This document shows, in pieces, positions 21,859 to 34,434 of a stretch of 36,960 nucleotides of DNA; the stretch's first letter is position 1; the number at the start of each line of letters is the position of its first letter. The notes under the pieces are model-generated. The model did not search any database and was not told the DNA's origin. It saw nothing but the letters and a program-made list of their open reading frames with translations. The position numbers were made by a program, and so were the translations under genes. Source of the DNA: Octopus sinensis (lineage: Eukaryota); NCBI RefSeq assembly GCF_006345805.1, contig NW_021835878.1, forward strand, positions 1-36,960. The letters are read 5' to 3'.

Positions 21859-22040
21859 GTGTTGTGTGTGTGTGTGGTGTGTGTATGCGTGTATATATGT
21901 ATGTGTGTGTATATGATTGTGTGTCTGTGTTTGTCCCCCCAACATTGCTTGACAACCGATGCTGGTGTGTTTACGTCCCCGTAACTTAGCGGTTAGGCAA
22001 AAGAGACCGATCGAATAAGTACAAGGCTTACAAAGAAAAA
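21420..22040 (+). mobile_element. Split SINE: head 21420-21585 and body 21905-22040, with the hammerhead-bearing repeat between them in the internal microsatellite
   Basis: Family match of both halves; the insert lies between them. Confidence 0.7.
21655..21692 (+). ncRNA. Minimal hammerhead-like motif, variant core CUGUAGA
   Basis: ucuuu-CUGUAGA-A-GAGC(auag)GCUC-GAAA-CG-UA-aaaga. Confidence 0.5.
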
Positions 22041-22148
22041 GTCCTGATGGGAAGGTCACAGCTGGAACATCTCCGATCACAGGTCTGTCTGGATCAGGAC
22101 TGACCTGGAGTGAGGGGTGGGGGTGGGGGGGTTAAAACTTAATTTTAC

Positions 22149-22243
22149 CTTTTGTTATTAATCCAGGTGTTTTACAGAATATGTGAATAGCACTGATGCC
22201 ATCTGCTGAGATATTACCATGTTTTGAAGATTTCTCCAAGATG
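22149..22243 (-). CDS. Exon E: (H)ILEKSSKHGNISADGISAIHIFCKTPGLITK(V)
   Basis: Acceptor tttttaccaaaccccacag, donor gtaaaa, 95 nt, phase 2/1. Fits both neighbouring exons. Confidence 0.85.
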
Positions 22244-22285
22244 CTGTGGGGTTTGGTAAAAAGACAATAAAAGCAGGTTTATAAT

Positions 22286-22316
<31 letters not shown>

Positions 22317-22476
22317 TAATATATAATAGTAATAATAATAATAATAATAATATTAATATAATAATAATAATATAATATAAATAGTATTTGATAATAATAA
22401 TAATAATAATAATAATTGATAATTGATAATGATAATAATAATAATAATAATAATAATAATTGATAATTGATAATTG

Positions 22477-22508
<32 letters not shown>

Positions 22509-22541
22509 TGATAATTGATAATGATAATAATAATAATAATA

Positions 22542-23355
22542 GTACCAGGCAGTGGCTCTCATGGTTTCTGATCTTAACTGATTGGAAGTGTTATCATGTA
22601 CATTGTTTTGTCTTGGTATAAAAGATGGGTTTTACAGCAAATATTCTGCTCAATACCACAGATTTGCTTATCAGTTGTTTGACCTTAACCAGTTGAGCAT
22701 GTCCCTTAGTGGCTGACGATATGTGCATCTCTGATCAGGAGCAGAAGTAGTGGGGGAGCATCATAGCCATGTGTTGAGAGGAATTCTTTGGGGTTTGAAT
22801 GCCCTGATGCAGTACCAGGCAGTGGCTCTCATGGCTTCTGATCTTAACTGATTGGAAGTGTTATCATGTACATTGTTTTGTCTTGGTATAAAAGATGGGT
22901 TTTACAGCAAATATTCTGCTCAATACCACAGATTTGCTTGTCAGTTGCTTGACCTTAACCAGTTGAGCATGTCCCTTAGTGGCTGACGATATGTGCATCT
23001 GTGATCACGAGCAGAAGTAGTGGGGGAGCATCATAGCCATGTTGTTGAGAGGGATTCTTTGGGGTTTTGAATATTTCACCTCTGGAAACATGGGTGGTTC
23101 TTTCAACATCCTTAAACAACCCTTATTCAGGACCTTTTGAGCGGGATGGGCTACTCAACCTGAAGAAAATTCTAACTGGGCCCACCTGCAAGGTGATGTG
23201 CTGTTTATCTTGATATGAGATCACCATGTCGCGCACATATGGTTGTGATGCATGTGCCTGGTGTACCCTTATCAGACGGGTAGTCATGATGGGTATACTG
23301 GGCTTCGTATATTTTACCCCAGTGTCACTTTGATGGCATGCACTGCTCTCTCACT
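22542..23355. repeat. Dispersed repeat with a 270-bp tandem duplication of one end, inside an (AAT)n tract
   Basis: gtaccaggcagtggctctcatgg at 22542 and 22812. Confidence 0.8.
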
Positions 23356-23469
23356 CAATAATAATAATAATAATAATAATTTAATTGATAATAATACTAA
23401 TAATAATAATTGATAATTGATAATGATAATAATAATAATAATAATAATAATAATTGATAATTGATAATG

Positions 23470-23501
<32 letters not shown>

Positions 23502-23546
23502 TGATAATTGATAATAATAATAATAATAATAATAATAATTGATAAT

Positions 23547-23579
<33 letters not shown>

Positions 23580-23618
23580 TAATTGATAATTGATAATAAT
23601 AATAATAATTGATAATTG

Positions 23619-23679
<61 letters not shown>

Positions 23680-23816
23680 TAATAATGATGATAATAATAA
23701 TAATAGTACTAGTAGTAATAGGAATAGTAGTAGTAGTAGTAGTAGTAATTGTGGTAGTAGTAATGATGATGATGATGATAATAATAATAATAATAATAAT
23801 AATTGATAATTGATAA

Positions 23817-23857
<41 letters not shown>

Positions 23858-23940
23858 TGATAATAATAATTGATAATTGATAATAATAATGATAATAATA
23901 ATAATAATGATAATAATAATAATGATGATAATAATAATCC
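23355..23940. repeat. (AAT)n tract (another at 22285-22540)
   Basis: Direct inspection. Confidence 0.95.
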
Positions 23941-23949
23941 TTTCTATTA

Positions 23950-24150
23950 TAGGCACAAGGTCTGAAATTTGTGGGAAGGGGGCTAGTCGATTACATCGAC
24001 CCCTGTGTGAAACTGGTACTTATTTTATCGACCCCGAAAGAATGAAAGACAAAGACGACCTTGGTAGAATTTGAACTCAGAACGCAGTGGTGGGTAAAAT
24101 ACCGCCAGGCATTTCATCCAGCATGCTAACGATTCTGCCAGCTTGCGGCT
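23950..24150 (-). mobile_element. Single diverged copy of the SINE family that forms the 184-bp array (related fragments 14940-15095 and 16225-16385)
   Basis: Reverse complement of ctgagttcaaat...gtc.tt..ctttcat.ctttcggggtcgataaa..agtaccag. Confidence 0.7.
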
Positions 24151-24194
24151 TTGTAATCAGGAGTAATCAAAGAGTAATTAAAGGTGGAACTCAC

Positions 24195-24286
24195 TGTGAA
24201 ATAGCTTTGACTGCCCCGCTTTGTATGAGGGTGTTGTGTAATGTTTGGTGCATACTCAGAGAATGAAGTCCCTGCATGACGCCCTC
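24195..24286 (-). CDS. Exon D: EGVMQGLHSLSMHQTLHNTLIQSGAVKAIS(H)
   Basis: Acceptor catcttcttgttccag, donor gtgagt, 92 nt, phase 0/2. Confidence 0.87.
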
Positions 24287-24449
24287 CTGGAACAAGAAGA
24301 TGGAGCAGACCGTGAAATTAGTCGCACGGTAAACAGCTTGGATTGAAATGCAGAACGAGGAAGGAGAGAAAAAATTATATATACTCTCTTTTTACTATGA
24401 TAGAAATATTAAAATTACTAAGTCTCTATATATATATGTGTGTGCGTGT

Positions 24450-25110
24450 ATGTTTGTGTGTCTGTGTTTGTCCCCCTAGCATTGCTTGACAACCGATGCT
24501 GGTGTGTTTACGTCCCCGTTACTTAGTGGTTCGGCAAAAGAGACCCGATAGAATAAGTACTGGGTGAAGCGGCTGACCTCCCTTGTTCGAAGGTTATAAT
24601 GGATACAGATCGTGTATCAATAGCTATCTTAAGGCGGTGGCCTCATGGAGCTGACCAGCGGCAGCGATTATTCTTATATCTATAAGAATGCCATATTAAT
24701 ATGGCGATAACAATTAATTTTCTCTTTTTACTCTTTTACTTGTTTCAGTCATTTGACTGCGGCTATGCTGGAGCACCGCCTTTAGTCGAGCAACTCGACC
24801 CCGGGACTTATTCTTTTGTAAGCCCAATACTTATTCTATCGGTCTCTTTTGCCGAACCGCTAAGTAACGGGGACATAAACACACCAGCATCGGTTGTCAA
24901 GCAATGCTAGGGAGACAAACACAGACACACAAACATACACATACATATATATATATATACATATATACGATGGGCTTCTTTCAGTTTCCGTCTATCAAAT
25001 CCATTCACAAGGCTTTGATCGGCCCGAGGCTATAGTAGAAGACACTTGCCCAAGGTGCCACGCAGTGGAACTGAACCTGGAACCATGTGGTTGGTAAACA
25101 AGCTACTTAC

Positions 25111-25141
<31 letters not shown>

Positions 25142-25318
25142 CCACACACACACACACACTCATATATACATATATACGACGGGCTTCTTTCAGTTTCCGT
25201 TTACCAAATCCCGAGGCTATAGCAGAAGACACTTGCCCAAGATGCCACGCAGTGGGACTGAACCCAGAACCATGTGGTTGGTAAGCAAGCTACTTACTTA
25301 CCACACAGCCACTCCTGC
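24450..25318. mobile_element. SINE cluster (plus fragment 24450-24565; minus copies 24722-25112 and 25175-25318)
   Basis: Family match. Confidence 0.78.
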
Positions 25319-25460
25319 GCCACCATCATCATCATCATTATCGTCGTCGTCATCGTCATCATTTAACATCTGTTTTCCATGCAGGCATGGGTTGGACGGT
25401 TTGACAGAAGCTGATCAGCTAGCTGAAAAGCTGTTCAGGCTCCCTGTCTCTTTCAGCATT

Positions 25461-26010
25461 GGTTTCTATGGCTGGATGCCCTTCCTAATGCCAACCACTC
25501 TACAGAGTGTACTGGGTGCTTTTTATGTGGCACCAGCACCAGTGAGGTCTGCTTTGGGATGGTTTCTATGGCTGGATGCCCTTCCTAATGCCAACCACTC
25601 TACAGAGTGTACTGGGTGCTTTTTATGTGGCACCAGCACCAGTGAGGTCTGCTTTGGGATGGTTTCTATGGCTGGATGCCCTTCCTAATGCCAACCACTC
25701 TACAGAGTGTACTGGGTGCTTTTTATGTGGCACCAGCACCAGTGAGGTCTGCTTTGGGATGGTTTCTATGGCTGGATGCCCTTCCTAATGCCAACCACTT
25801 TACAGAGTGTACTGGGTGCTTTTTATGTGGCACCAGCACCAGTGAGGTCTGCTTTGGTATGGTTTCTATGGCTGGATGCCCTTCCTAATGCCAACCACTC
25901 TACAGAGTGTACTGGGTGCTTTTTATGTGGCCCCAGCACCAGTGAGGTCGGCTTTGGTATGGTTTCTATGGCTGGATGCCCTTCCTAATGCCCACCACTT
26001 TACAGAGTGT
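25461..26010. repeat. Tandem array of exact 100-bp units (about 5.5 copies) from the RTE 3'-UTR repeat
   Basis: ggtttctatggctggatgcc at 25461, 25561, 25661, 25761, 25861 and 25961. Confidence 0.95.
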
Positions 26011-26199
26011 ACTGGGTGCTTTTGAGATTATACACAGCCATTGCAGTTTCTAGGGAATCTTTTTTGTGGAGTAATTTGGTATCAAAAACACAGAAAACTG
26101 GAAAAATTTGCCCTGGATTTTGGACTCAAGATCGTAATGGTTTGAACAAAAGAACTGAGCTGTTAGCACCTTGTATGCATGAAGGTAAGTAATTGTTGG

Positions 26200-26630
26200 T
26201 GATGATGATGATAATGATGAGGGTGGTGATGACGATGATGATAATGATGATGATGGTGGCAGTGATCGTGGTGGGGATGATGATAACGCCGCTGGCAATG
26301 ATGGTGATGACGGTGGTGATGACAACGATGACGGTGATGACAAGGATAAGTATGATTATGATAATGATGACAATGATGATGACGATGATGACACAATGAT
26401 GACGGTGAAGATGCTGGTGATGATGATGACAGTAATGATGATGATGATGATGATAATGATGAGGGTGGTGATGACGATGATGATAGTGATGATGATGGTG
26501 GTGATCGTGGTGGGAATGATGATGACAATGACTACAATGACGGTGATGGTAATGATAATGACGGGGGGTGGTGAAGACAGCGGTAATGATGATGGTGATG
26601 ACAACGATGAGGGTGATGACGAGGATAAGT

Positions 26631-26667
<37 letters not shown>

Positions 26668-26685
26668 CGATGATGATGATGATGG

Positions 26686-26716
<31 letters not shown>

Positions 26717-26751
26717 GATGATGATGATGATGACGATGATGATGATGATGG

Positions 26752-26782
<31 letters not shown>

Positions 26783-26926
26783 GATGATGATGACGATGAT
26801 GATGATGATGATGATGATATTGATGATGATGATGATGATGATGACGATGATGATGATGATGATGATGATGATGATATTGATGGTAATAACCGTGATGACA
26901 ATGATGATGATGATGATGATGATGAT

Positions 26927-26974
<48 letters not shown>

Positions 26975-26985
26975 CGATGACGATG

Positions 26986-27021
<36 letters not shown>

Positions 27022-27054
27022 CGATGATGATGATGATGGTGATGATGATGATGG

Positions 27055-27096
<42 letters not shown>

Positions 27097-27099
27097 CGA

Positions 27100-27155
<56 letters not shown>

Positions 27156-27173
27156 CGATGATGATGATGATGG

Positions 27174-27204
<31 letters not shown>

Positions 27205-27311
27205 GATGATGATGACGATGATGATGATGATGATGATGATGATGATATTGATGATGATGATGATGATGATGACGATGATGACGATGATGATGATAATGAT
27301 GATGATGATGG

Positions 27312-27363
<52 letters not shown>

Positions 27364-27368
27364 GATGG

Positions 27369-27402
<34 letters not shown>

Positions 27403-27480
27403 GATGGTGATGATGATGATGACGATGATGATATTGATGGTAATAACGGTGATGACAATGATGATGATGATGATGATGAC
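26200..27480. repeat. (GAT/GGT)n compound microsatellite
   Basis: Direct inspection. Confidence 0.95.
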
Positions 27481-27694
27481 TTGAAACAATCCTTGTCTAG
27501 TGCATTATCATATCGAGAGATTTGAACTCGCGACATCCAGGACCGTAACCAAATCCTGCAACGCTCCACCGATTTCGCTAATCCTTCCCCCACCCCCCAC
27601 CCCCGCTGTTTGTATTTATTATTGATCACTGAAGAATTGATCACTGAGAATAAGGGAACGTATTTCATGTGAAATGAAGTGGAACAAATCTGAC

Positions 27695-27760
27695 CTGGAT
27701 TTCTGCTTGATCGACCGTAGCCAATGCAACTAGGGCTTGAACTCCTCCGACTTCGACGAC
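27695..27760 (-). CDS. Exon C: VVEVGGVQALVALATVDQAEIQ (ARM-like GGVQALV motif)
   Basis: Acceptor ctcttctatttaaag, donor gtcaga, 66 nt, phase 0/0. Confidence 0.88.
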
Positions 27761-27821
27761 CTTTAAATAGAAGAGACAACAGACACACACATGGGATAAT
27801 TAGATCTGTTAAGGTGACAAT

Positions 27822-27853
<32 letters not shown>

Positions 27854-28034
27854 ACACACATAAACACACACAAATACACAGGTATACACAGACACATATC
27901 TATTAATTTACTTGTCTATCTATCCTTCCATCCATCCATCTATCTATCTCTCTCTCCCCACTTCTCTCTCTCTCTCTCTCTGTAGATGGATAGATGGAGA
28001 GTCAGATTTATGGATAGCCGGATGGATGGATAGG

Positions 28035-28985
28035 TATCATCATCATCATCATCATCATTTAGCGTCCGTTTTCCATGCTAGCATGGGTTGGACGGTTCTA
28101 CTGGGGTCTGTGAAGCCAGAAGGCTTCATCAGGCCCAGTCAAATCTGGCAGTGTTTCTACGGCTGGATGCCCTTCCTAACGCCAACCACTCCGTGAGTGT
28201 AGTGGGTGCTTTTTACGTGCCACCCGCACTGGTGCCAGACAGAGCTGGCAAACGGCCACGAACGGATGGTGCTTTTTATGTGCCACCGGCACGAGGGCCA
28301 GGCGAGGCTGGCAACGGACACGAAACGGGGCGGTGCTGGCAACGGTCGCGAAACGGAAAGTTCTCTTACATGCCACCGGCACTGGTAACACATCTGCAAT
28401 TTCCATTGATCGATTTCCATTGATCGATTTCGATTCTGATCCTCACTTGCCTCAATGAGTCTTCACAAGCAGAGTTTCGACATGCCACCGGCACTGGTAG
28501 CACATCCGCAATTTCCATTGATCGATTTCGATTCTGATCCTCACTTGCCTCAACACGTCTTCACAAGTAGAGTTTTGTGTCCCAAGAAGGAAGGTATGCA
28601 TACGTAGGCTGGCTCCATCCCATGTAGAAGCCACGGGTTGTGGACTCACTTGTCCTGCCGGGTCTTCTCGCGCACAGCACACTTCCAGAGGTCTCGGTCT
28701 CTAGTCATTTCCTCAGTGAGACCTAAAGTTCGAAGGTCGTGCTTCACCACCTCGTCCAGGTTTTCCTGGGTCTGCCTCTTCCACAGGTTCCCTCAACCGC
28801 TAGGGTGTGGCACTTTTTCACACAACTATCTTCATCCATTCTCGCCACATGACCATACCAGCGCAAACGTCTCTCTTGCACACCACAACTGATGCTTCTT
28901 AGGTCCAGCTTTTCTCTCAAGGTATTTACACTTTGCCGAGTGTGAGTACCGGCATTACACATCCATCGGAGCATACTGTGTGTGT
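28035..28985 (-). mobile_element. 5'-truncated RTE-type LINE: ORF end, 3' UTR and (GAT)n tail
   Basis: MLRWMC...[55 protein letters not shown], the RTE RLRWYGHV/GRGRP signature. Confidence 0.85.
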
Positions 28986-29499
28986 ATATATATATATACA
29001 CACACACATATATATATACATATATATATATATATACATACATACATACATATATATATATATACATACATACATACATATATATATATATACATACATA
29101 CATACATACATATATACATACATATACATACATACATACATATCCATACATACATACACATACATATACATGCATACATATACATATACATACATACATA
29201 TACATATACATACATACATATACATATACATACATACATATATAGAATGAATGGCTGAATAGGTAGACAGATAGATGGACAGACAGACAGACAGACAGAC
29301 AGATAGATAGAAAGATAGATAGATAGATAGATATAGATAGATAGATCAAGATAGATGGATAGATAGATGGATAGATAGACAGGAAGCCAGCCAGACAGAC
29401 AGATAAATAGAGGAGGAGCATGAGAATTAAGAGATATAACTCTCTTAACATGAAACTAATGGTAGCCTGGTTAACCTACAAATAAAACATATGAATATA

Positions 29500-29705
29500 T
29501 TCTTTTATTTGTTTCAGTCATTTGACTGTTGTCATGCTGGAGCACCACCCTTAGTTAAACAAATCGACCCCAGGACTTATTCTTTGTAAGCCTAGTACTT
29601 ATTCTATCGGTCTCTTTTTGCTGAACCGCTAAGTTACGGGGATGTAGGAACCCCTCAAAGCAGTGCTCCAGCATGGCCACAGTCCAAAGACTGAAACAAG
29701 TAAAA
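29500..29705. mobile_element. SINE 3' fragments in inverted arrangement
   Basis: gtttcagtcatttgactg..catgctggagcac at 29509 and gtgctccagcatggccacagtc..gactgaaac at 29663. Confidence 0.7.
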
Positions 29706-29767
29706 GATGAAAATGAAATAAAAGCTAAAAACAAACAAAAAAGAAAAAAAGACAAAGCTGTCTCCAC

Positions 29768-29833
29768 CTTTGGCACCATTGCTGTATCTCTGGAGAATTC
29801 CGCCAATTGTTTCGCTGCGACAATGCGGAAGTT
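29768..29833 (-). CDS. Exon B: NFRIVAAKQLAEFSRDTAMVPK (ARM-like)
   Basis: Acceptor ttcttatattccag, donor gtggag, 66 nt, phase 0/0. Confidence 0.85.
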
Positions 29834-29859
29834 CTGGAATATAAGAAATTGGGGGAAAT

Positions 29860-30735
29860 CATCATCATCATCATCACCATGAGCAATTCCATCATCATCA
29901 TCATCATCATCATGAACATTAACAGTATCATCATCATCATCATCATCAACATTGCAAGCACCAGTACTAGCACCATTACTGCTACTGCTACCACCACCAC
30001 TGTTATCACTACCATCCATGTCACCACTACTGCCATCACCACCACCAACAACAAAAGCAACAACAATGCTACTACGACCCATACTACTACAAGTACCACC
30101 ACTACTACTACAACTACAATAACCACCATTATCACTTCCACCCATGTCACCATCACCACCACAACCATCACCACCACCACCACCACCACCATCACCATCA
30201 CCACCACCACCATCACCCCTCATACTACAGCCACTACCATTAACACCACCACAACTGACATCACTACTACCACCACCACCACCACCATCACCATCATCAC
30301 CATCACCACCACCACCACCACCATCACCATCATCACCATCACCACCACCACTACCACCACCACCACCATCACCCCTCATACTACAGCCACTACCATTAAC
30401 ACCACCACCACTGCCATCACTACTACCACCACCACCACCACCATCACCATCATCACCATCACCACCACCACCACCACCATCACCACCACCACCACCACCA
30501 CCATCACCATCACCACCATCACCATCACCCCTCATACTACAGCCACTACCATTAACACCACCACCACTGCCATCACTACTACCACCACCACCACCACCAT
30601 CACCAACATCACCATCACCACCACCACCACCACCATCACCACCACCCCTCCTACTACAGCCACTACCATTAACACCACCACCACTGCCATCACTACTACC
30701 ACCACCACCACCACCATCACCAACATCACCATCAC
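29860..30735. repeat. (CAC/CAT)n microsatellite with repeated higher-order cassettes
   Basis: The cassette cctc.tactacagccactaccattaacaccacc recurs four times. Confidence 0.93.
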
Positions 30736-30892
30736 AATCTCTCATGCACTTAGCACCACAACAACCACACACATAGAGACAAGACAGTGCCTAAACACAC
30801 ACACACATTCACACAAAATTGTTCATGTAGGACAAAACATGTATGATACTACGCTTAGGTTAGAATACCCCCCACACACACACACACATTCT

Positions 30893-33827
30893 ATTTCATT
30901 TGCCATTACGTTCTGAGTTCAAATCCCGCTGAGGTCGACTTTGCCTTTCATCCTTTTGGGGTCGATAAATTAAGTACCAGTTATGCACTGGGGTCGATGT
31001 AATCGACTTAATCCGTTGTCTGTCCTTGTTTGTCCCCTCTGTGTTTAGCCCCTTGTAGGTAGTAAAGAAATGGGTATTTCGTCTGTCTTTACGTTCTGAG
31101 TTCAAATTCCGCCGAGGTCGACTTTGCCTTTCATCCTTTCGGGGTCGATTAATTAAGTACCAGTTACGCACTGGGGTCGATATAATCGACTTAATCCGTT
31201 TGTCTGTCCTTGTTTGTCCCCTCTGTGTTTAGACCCTTGTAGGTAGTAAAGAAATGGGTATTTCATCTGTCTTTACGTTCTGAGTTCAAATTCCGCCGAG
31301 GTCGACTTTGCCTTTCATCCTTTCGGGGTCGATTAAATAAGTACCAGTTACACACTGGGGTCGATATAATCGACTTAATCCGTTTGTCTGTCCTTGTTTG
31401 TCCCCTCTGTGTTTAGCCCCTTGTAGGTAGTAAAGAAATGGGTATTTCGTCTGTCTTTACGTTCTGAGTTCAAATTCCGCCGAGGTCGACTTTGCCTTTC
31501 ATCCTTTCGGGGTCGATTAAATAAGTACCAGTTACGCACTGGGGTCGATATAATCGACTTAATCCGTTTATCTGTCCTTGTTTGTCCCCTCTGTGTTTAG
31601 CCCCTTGTAGGTAGTAAAGAAATGGGTATTTCGTCTGTCTTTACGTTCTGAGTTCAAATTCTGCCGAGGTCGACTTTGCCTTTCATCTTTTCGGGGTCGA
31701 TTAAATAAGTACCAGTTACGCACTGGGGTCGATATAATCGACTTAATCCGTTTGTCTGTCCTTGTTTGTCCCCTCTGTGTTTAGCCCCTTGTAGGTAGTA
31801 AAGAATGGGGTATTTCGTCTGTCTTACGTTCTGAGTTCAAATCCGCCGAGGTCGACTTTGCCTTTCATCCTTTCGGGGTCGATTAAATAAGTACCAGTTT
31901 CGCACTTTGGGGTCGATTTAATCGACTTAATCCGTTTGTCTGTCCTTTTTGTCCCCTCCGTGTTTAGCCCTTGTAGGTAGTAAAGAAATGGGTATTTCGT
32001 CTGTCTTTACGTTCTGAGTTCAAATTCCGCCGAGGTCGACTTTGCCTTTCATCCTTTCGGGGTCGATTAAATAAGTACCAGTTTCGCACTGGGGTCGATT
32101 TAATCGACTTAATCCGTTTGTCTGTCCTTGTTTGTCCCCTCCGTGTTTAGCCCCTGTAGGTGGTAGTAAAGAAATGGGTATTTCGTCTGTCTTTAGTTCT
32201 GAGTTCAAATTCTGCCGAGGTCGACTTTGCCTTTCATCCTTTCGGGGTCGATTAAATAAGTACCAGTTACGCACTGGGGTCGATATAATCGACTTAATCC
32301 GTTTGTTTGTCCTTGTTTGTCCCCTCTGTGTTAGCCCCTTGTAGGTAGTAAAGAAATGGGTATTTCGGTCCGTCTGTCTTTACGTTCTGAGTTCAAATTC
32401 TGCCGAGGTCGACTTTGCCTTTCATCCTTTCGGGGTCGATTAAATAAGTACCAGTTACGCACTGGGGTCGATATAATCGACTTAATCCGTTTGTCTGTCC
32501 TTGTTTGTCCCCTCTGTGTTTAGCCCCTTGTAGGTAGTAAAGAAATGGGTATTTCGTCTGTCTTTACGTTCTGAGTTCAAATTCTGCCGAGGTCGACTTT
32601 GCCTTTCATCCTTTCGGGGTCGATTAAATAAGTACCAGTTACGCACTGGGGTCGATATAATCGACTTAATCCGTTTGTCTGTCCTTGTTTGTCCCCTCTG
32701 TGTTTAGCCCCTTGTAGGTAGTAAAGAAATGGGTATTTCGTCTGTCTTTACGTTCTGAGTTCAAATTCCGCCGAGGTCGACTTTGCCTTTCATCCTTTCG
32801 GGGTCGATTAAATAAGTACCAGTTTCGCACTGGGGTCGATTTAATCGACTTAATCCGTTTGTCTGTCCTTGTTTGTCCCCTCCGTGTTTAGCCCCTTGTA
32901 GGTAGTAAAGAAATGGGTATTTCGTCTGTCTTTACGTTCTGAGTTCAAATTCCGCCGAGGTCGACTTTGCCTTTCATCCTTTCGGGGTCGATTAAATAAG
33001 TACCAGTTTCGCACTGGGGTCGATTTAATCGACTTAATCCGTTTGTCTGTCTTGTTTGTCCCCTCCGTGTTTAGCCCCTTGTAGGTAGTAAAGAAATGGG
33101 TATTTCGTCTGTCTTTACGTTCTGATTCAAATTCCGCCGAGTCGACTTTGCCTTTCATCCTTTTGGGGTCGATTAAATAAGTACCAGTTTCGCACTGGGG
33201 TCGATTTAATCGACTTAATCCGTGTCTGTCCTTGTGTTGTCCCCTCCGTGTTTAGCCCTTGTAGGTAGTAAAGAAATGGGTATTTGTCTGTCTTTACGTT
33301 CTGAGTTCAAATTCGCCGAGGTCGACTTTGCTTTCATCCTTTCGGGGTCGATTAAATAAGTACAGTTTCGCACTGGGGTCGATTTAATCGACTTAATCCG
33401 TTTGTCTGTCCTTGTTTGTCCCCTCCGTGTTTAGCCCCTTGTAGGTAGTAAAGAAATGGGTATTTCGTCTGTCTTTACGTTCTGAGTTCAAATTCCGCCG
33501 AGGTCGACTTTGCCTTTCATCCTTTCGGGGTCAATTAAATAAGTACCAGTTACGCACTGGGGTCGATATAATCGACTTAATCCGTTTGTCTGTCCTTGTT
33601 TGTCCCCTCCGTGTTTAGCCCCTTGTAGGTAGTAAAGAAATGGGTATTTCGTCTGTCTTTACGTTCTGAGTTCAAATTCCGCCGAGGTCGACTTTGCCTT
33701 TCATCCTTTCGGGGTCAATTAAATAAGTACCAGTTACGCACTGGGGTCGATATAATCGACTTAATCCGTTTGTCTGTCCTTGTTTGTCCCCTCTGTGTTT
33801 AGCCCCTTGTGGGTAGTAAAGAAATGG
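30893..33827 (+). repeat. Tandem array of 16 units of about 184 bp derived from a second tRNA-SINE family
   Basis: acgttctgagttcaaa recurs at 30908, 31091, 31275, 31459, 31643, 31826, 32009, 32195, 32382, 32566, 32750, 32934, 33117, 33296, 33477 and 33661. Units are near-identical. Confidence 0.95.
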
Positions 33828-34140
33828 GTGTGTGTGTGAGCCTTTGTGTGTGTATGTGTGTGTTGTGTGTGTGTGTATATGTATATGTTTGTGTATGGGA
33901 GCCTTCATGTGTGTGTGTGTGTGTGTATGTGAGCTTTTGTGTGTGTGTATGTGAGCTTTTGTGTGTGTGTATGTGAGCTTTTGTGTGTGTGTGTGTATGT
34001 GAGCTTTTGTGTGTGTGTATGTGAGCTTTGTGTGTGTGTGTGTATGTGAGCTTTTGTGTGTGTGTATGTGAGCTTTTGTGTGTGTGTATGTATGTGAACT
34101 TTTGTGTGTGTGTGTATGTGAGCCTTTGTGTATGTGCGTA
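33828..34140. repeat. (TG)n-based minisatellite with atgtgagctttt spacers
   Basis: Direct inspection. Confidence 0.9.
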
Positions 34141-34370
34141 AGTCATTGTGTTTGTGTTTGTCCTCCACCATTGCCTAGTAACCAGTGTGGGTTTGTTTAT
34201 GTCCCTTCAACTTAGCAGTTCAGCAAGAAGAAACAGACAGAACAAATGACAAACTTAAAAGGAAAAAAAAAAAGGAAAAAATGTATTAGGGGTTGATTCA
34301 TTCAACTAAAACCCTTCCAGGCTGTGCTCCAGCATGGCAATTGTCTAACGAATGACACAAGTAAACAAAA
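34140..34370 (+). mobile_element. Diverged SINE 3' body
   Basis: Degenerate match to the family body and tail. Confidence 0.6.
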
Positions 34371-34434
34371 AGAAAGAAAAAACCTCTATCAGGTCCTCCA
34401 TCACCAAAATGCCTCAAGCAGGGTTTGAACTTAC

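Noticed and set aside
24287-24334. Upstream alternative acceptor extending exon D (VYRATNFTVCSIFLFQ)
   Set aside because: It would need a phase-1 input, but exon C ends in phase 0. The ttccag at 24287 has the better pyrimidine tract.
29555-30772. 405-aa Gly/Asp-rich ORF in frame with exon B
   Set aside because: The openness comes from stop-free (GGT/GAT)n. A good acceptor lies at 29834 and exon A supplies the upstream frame.
30893-33827. CRISPR-like regular array
   Set aside because: Units are near-identical along their whole length with no unique spacers, the context is eukaryotic, and there are no cas genes.
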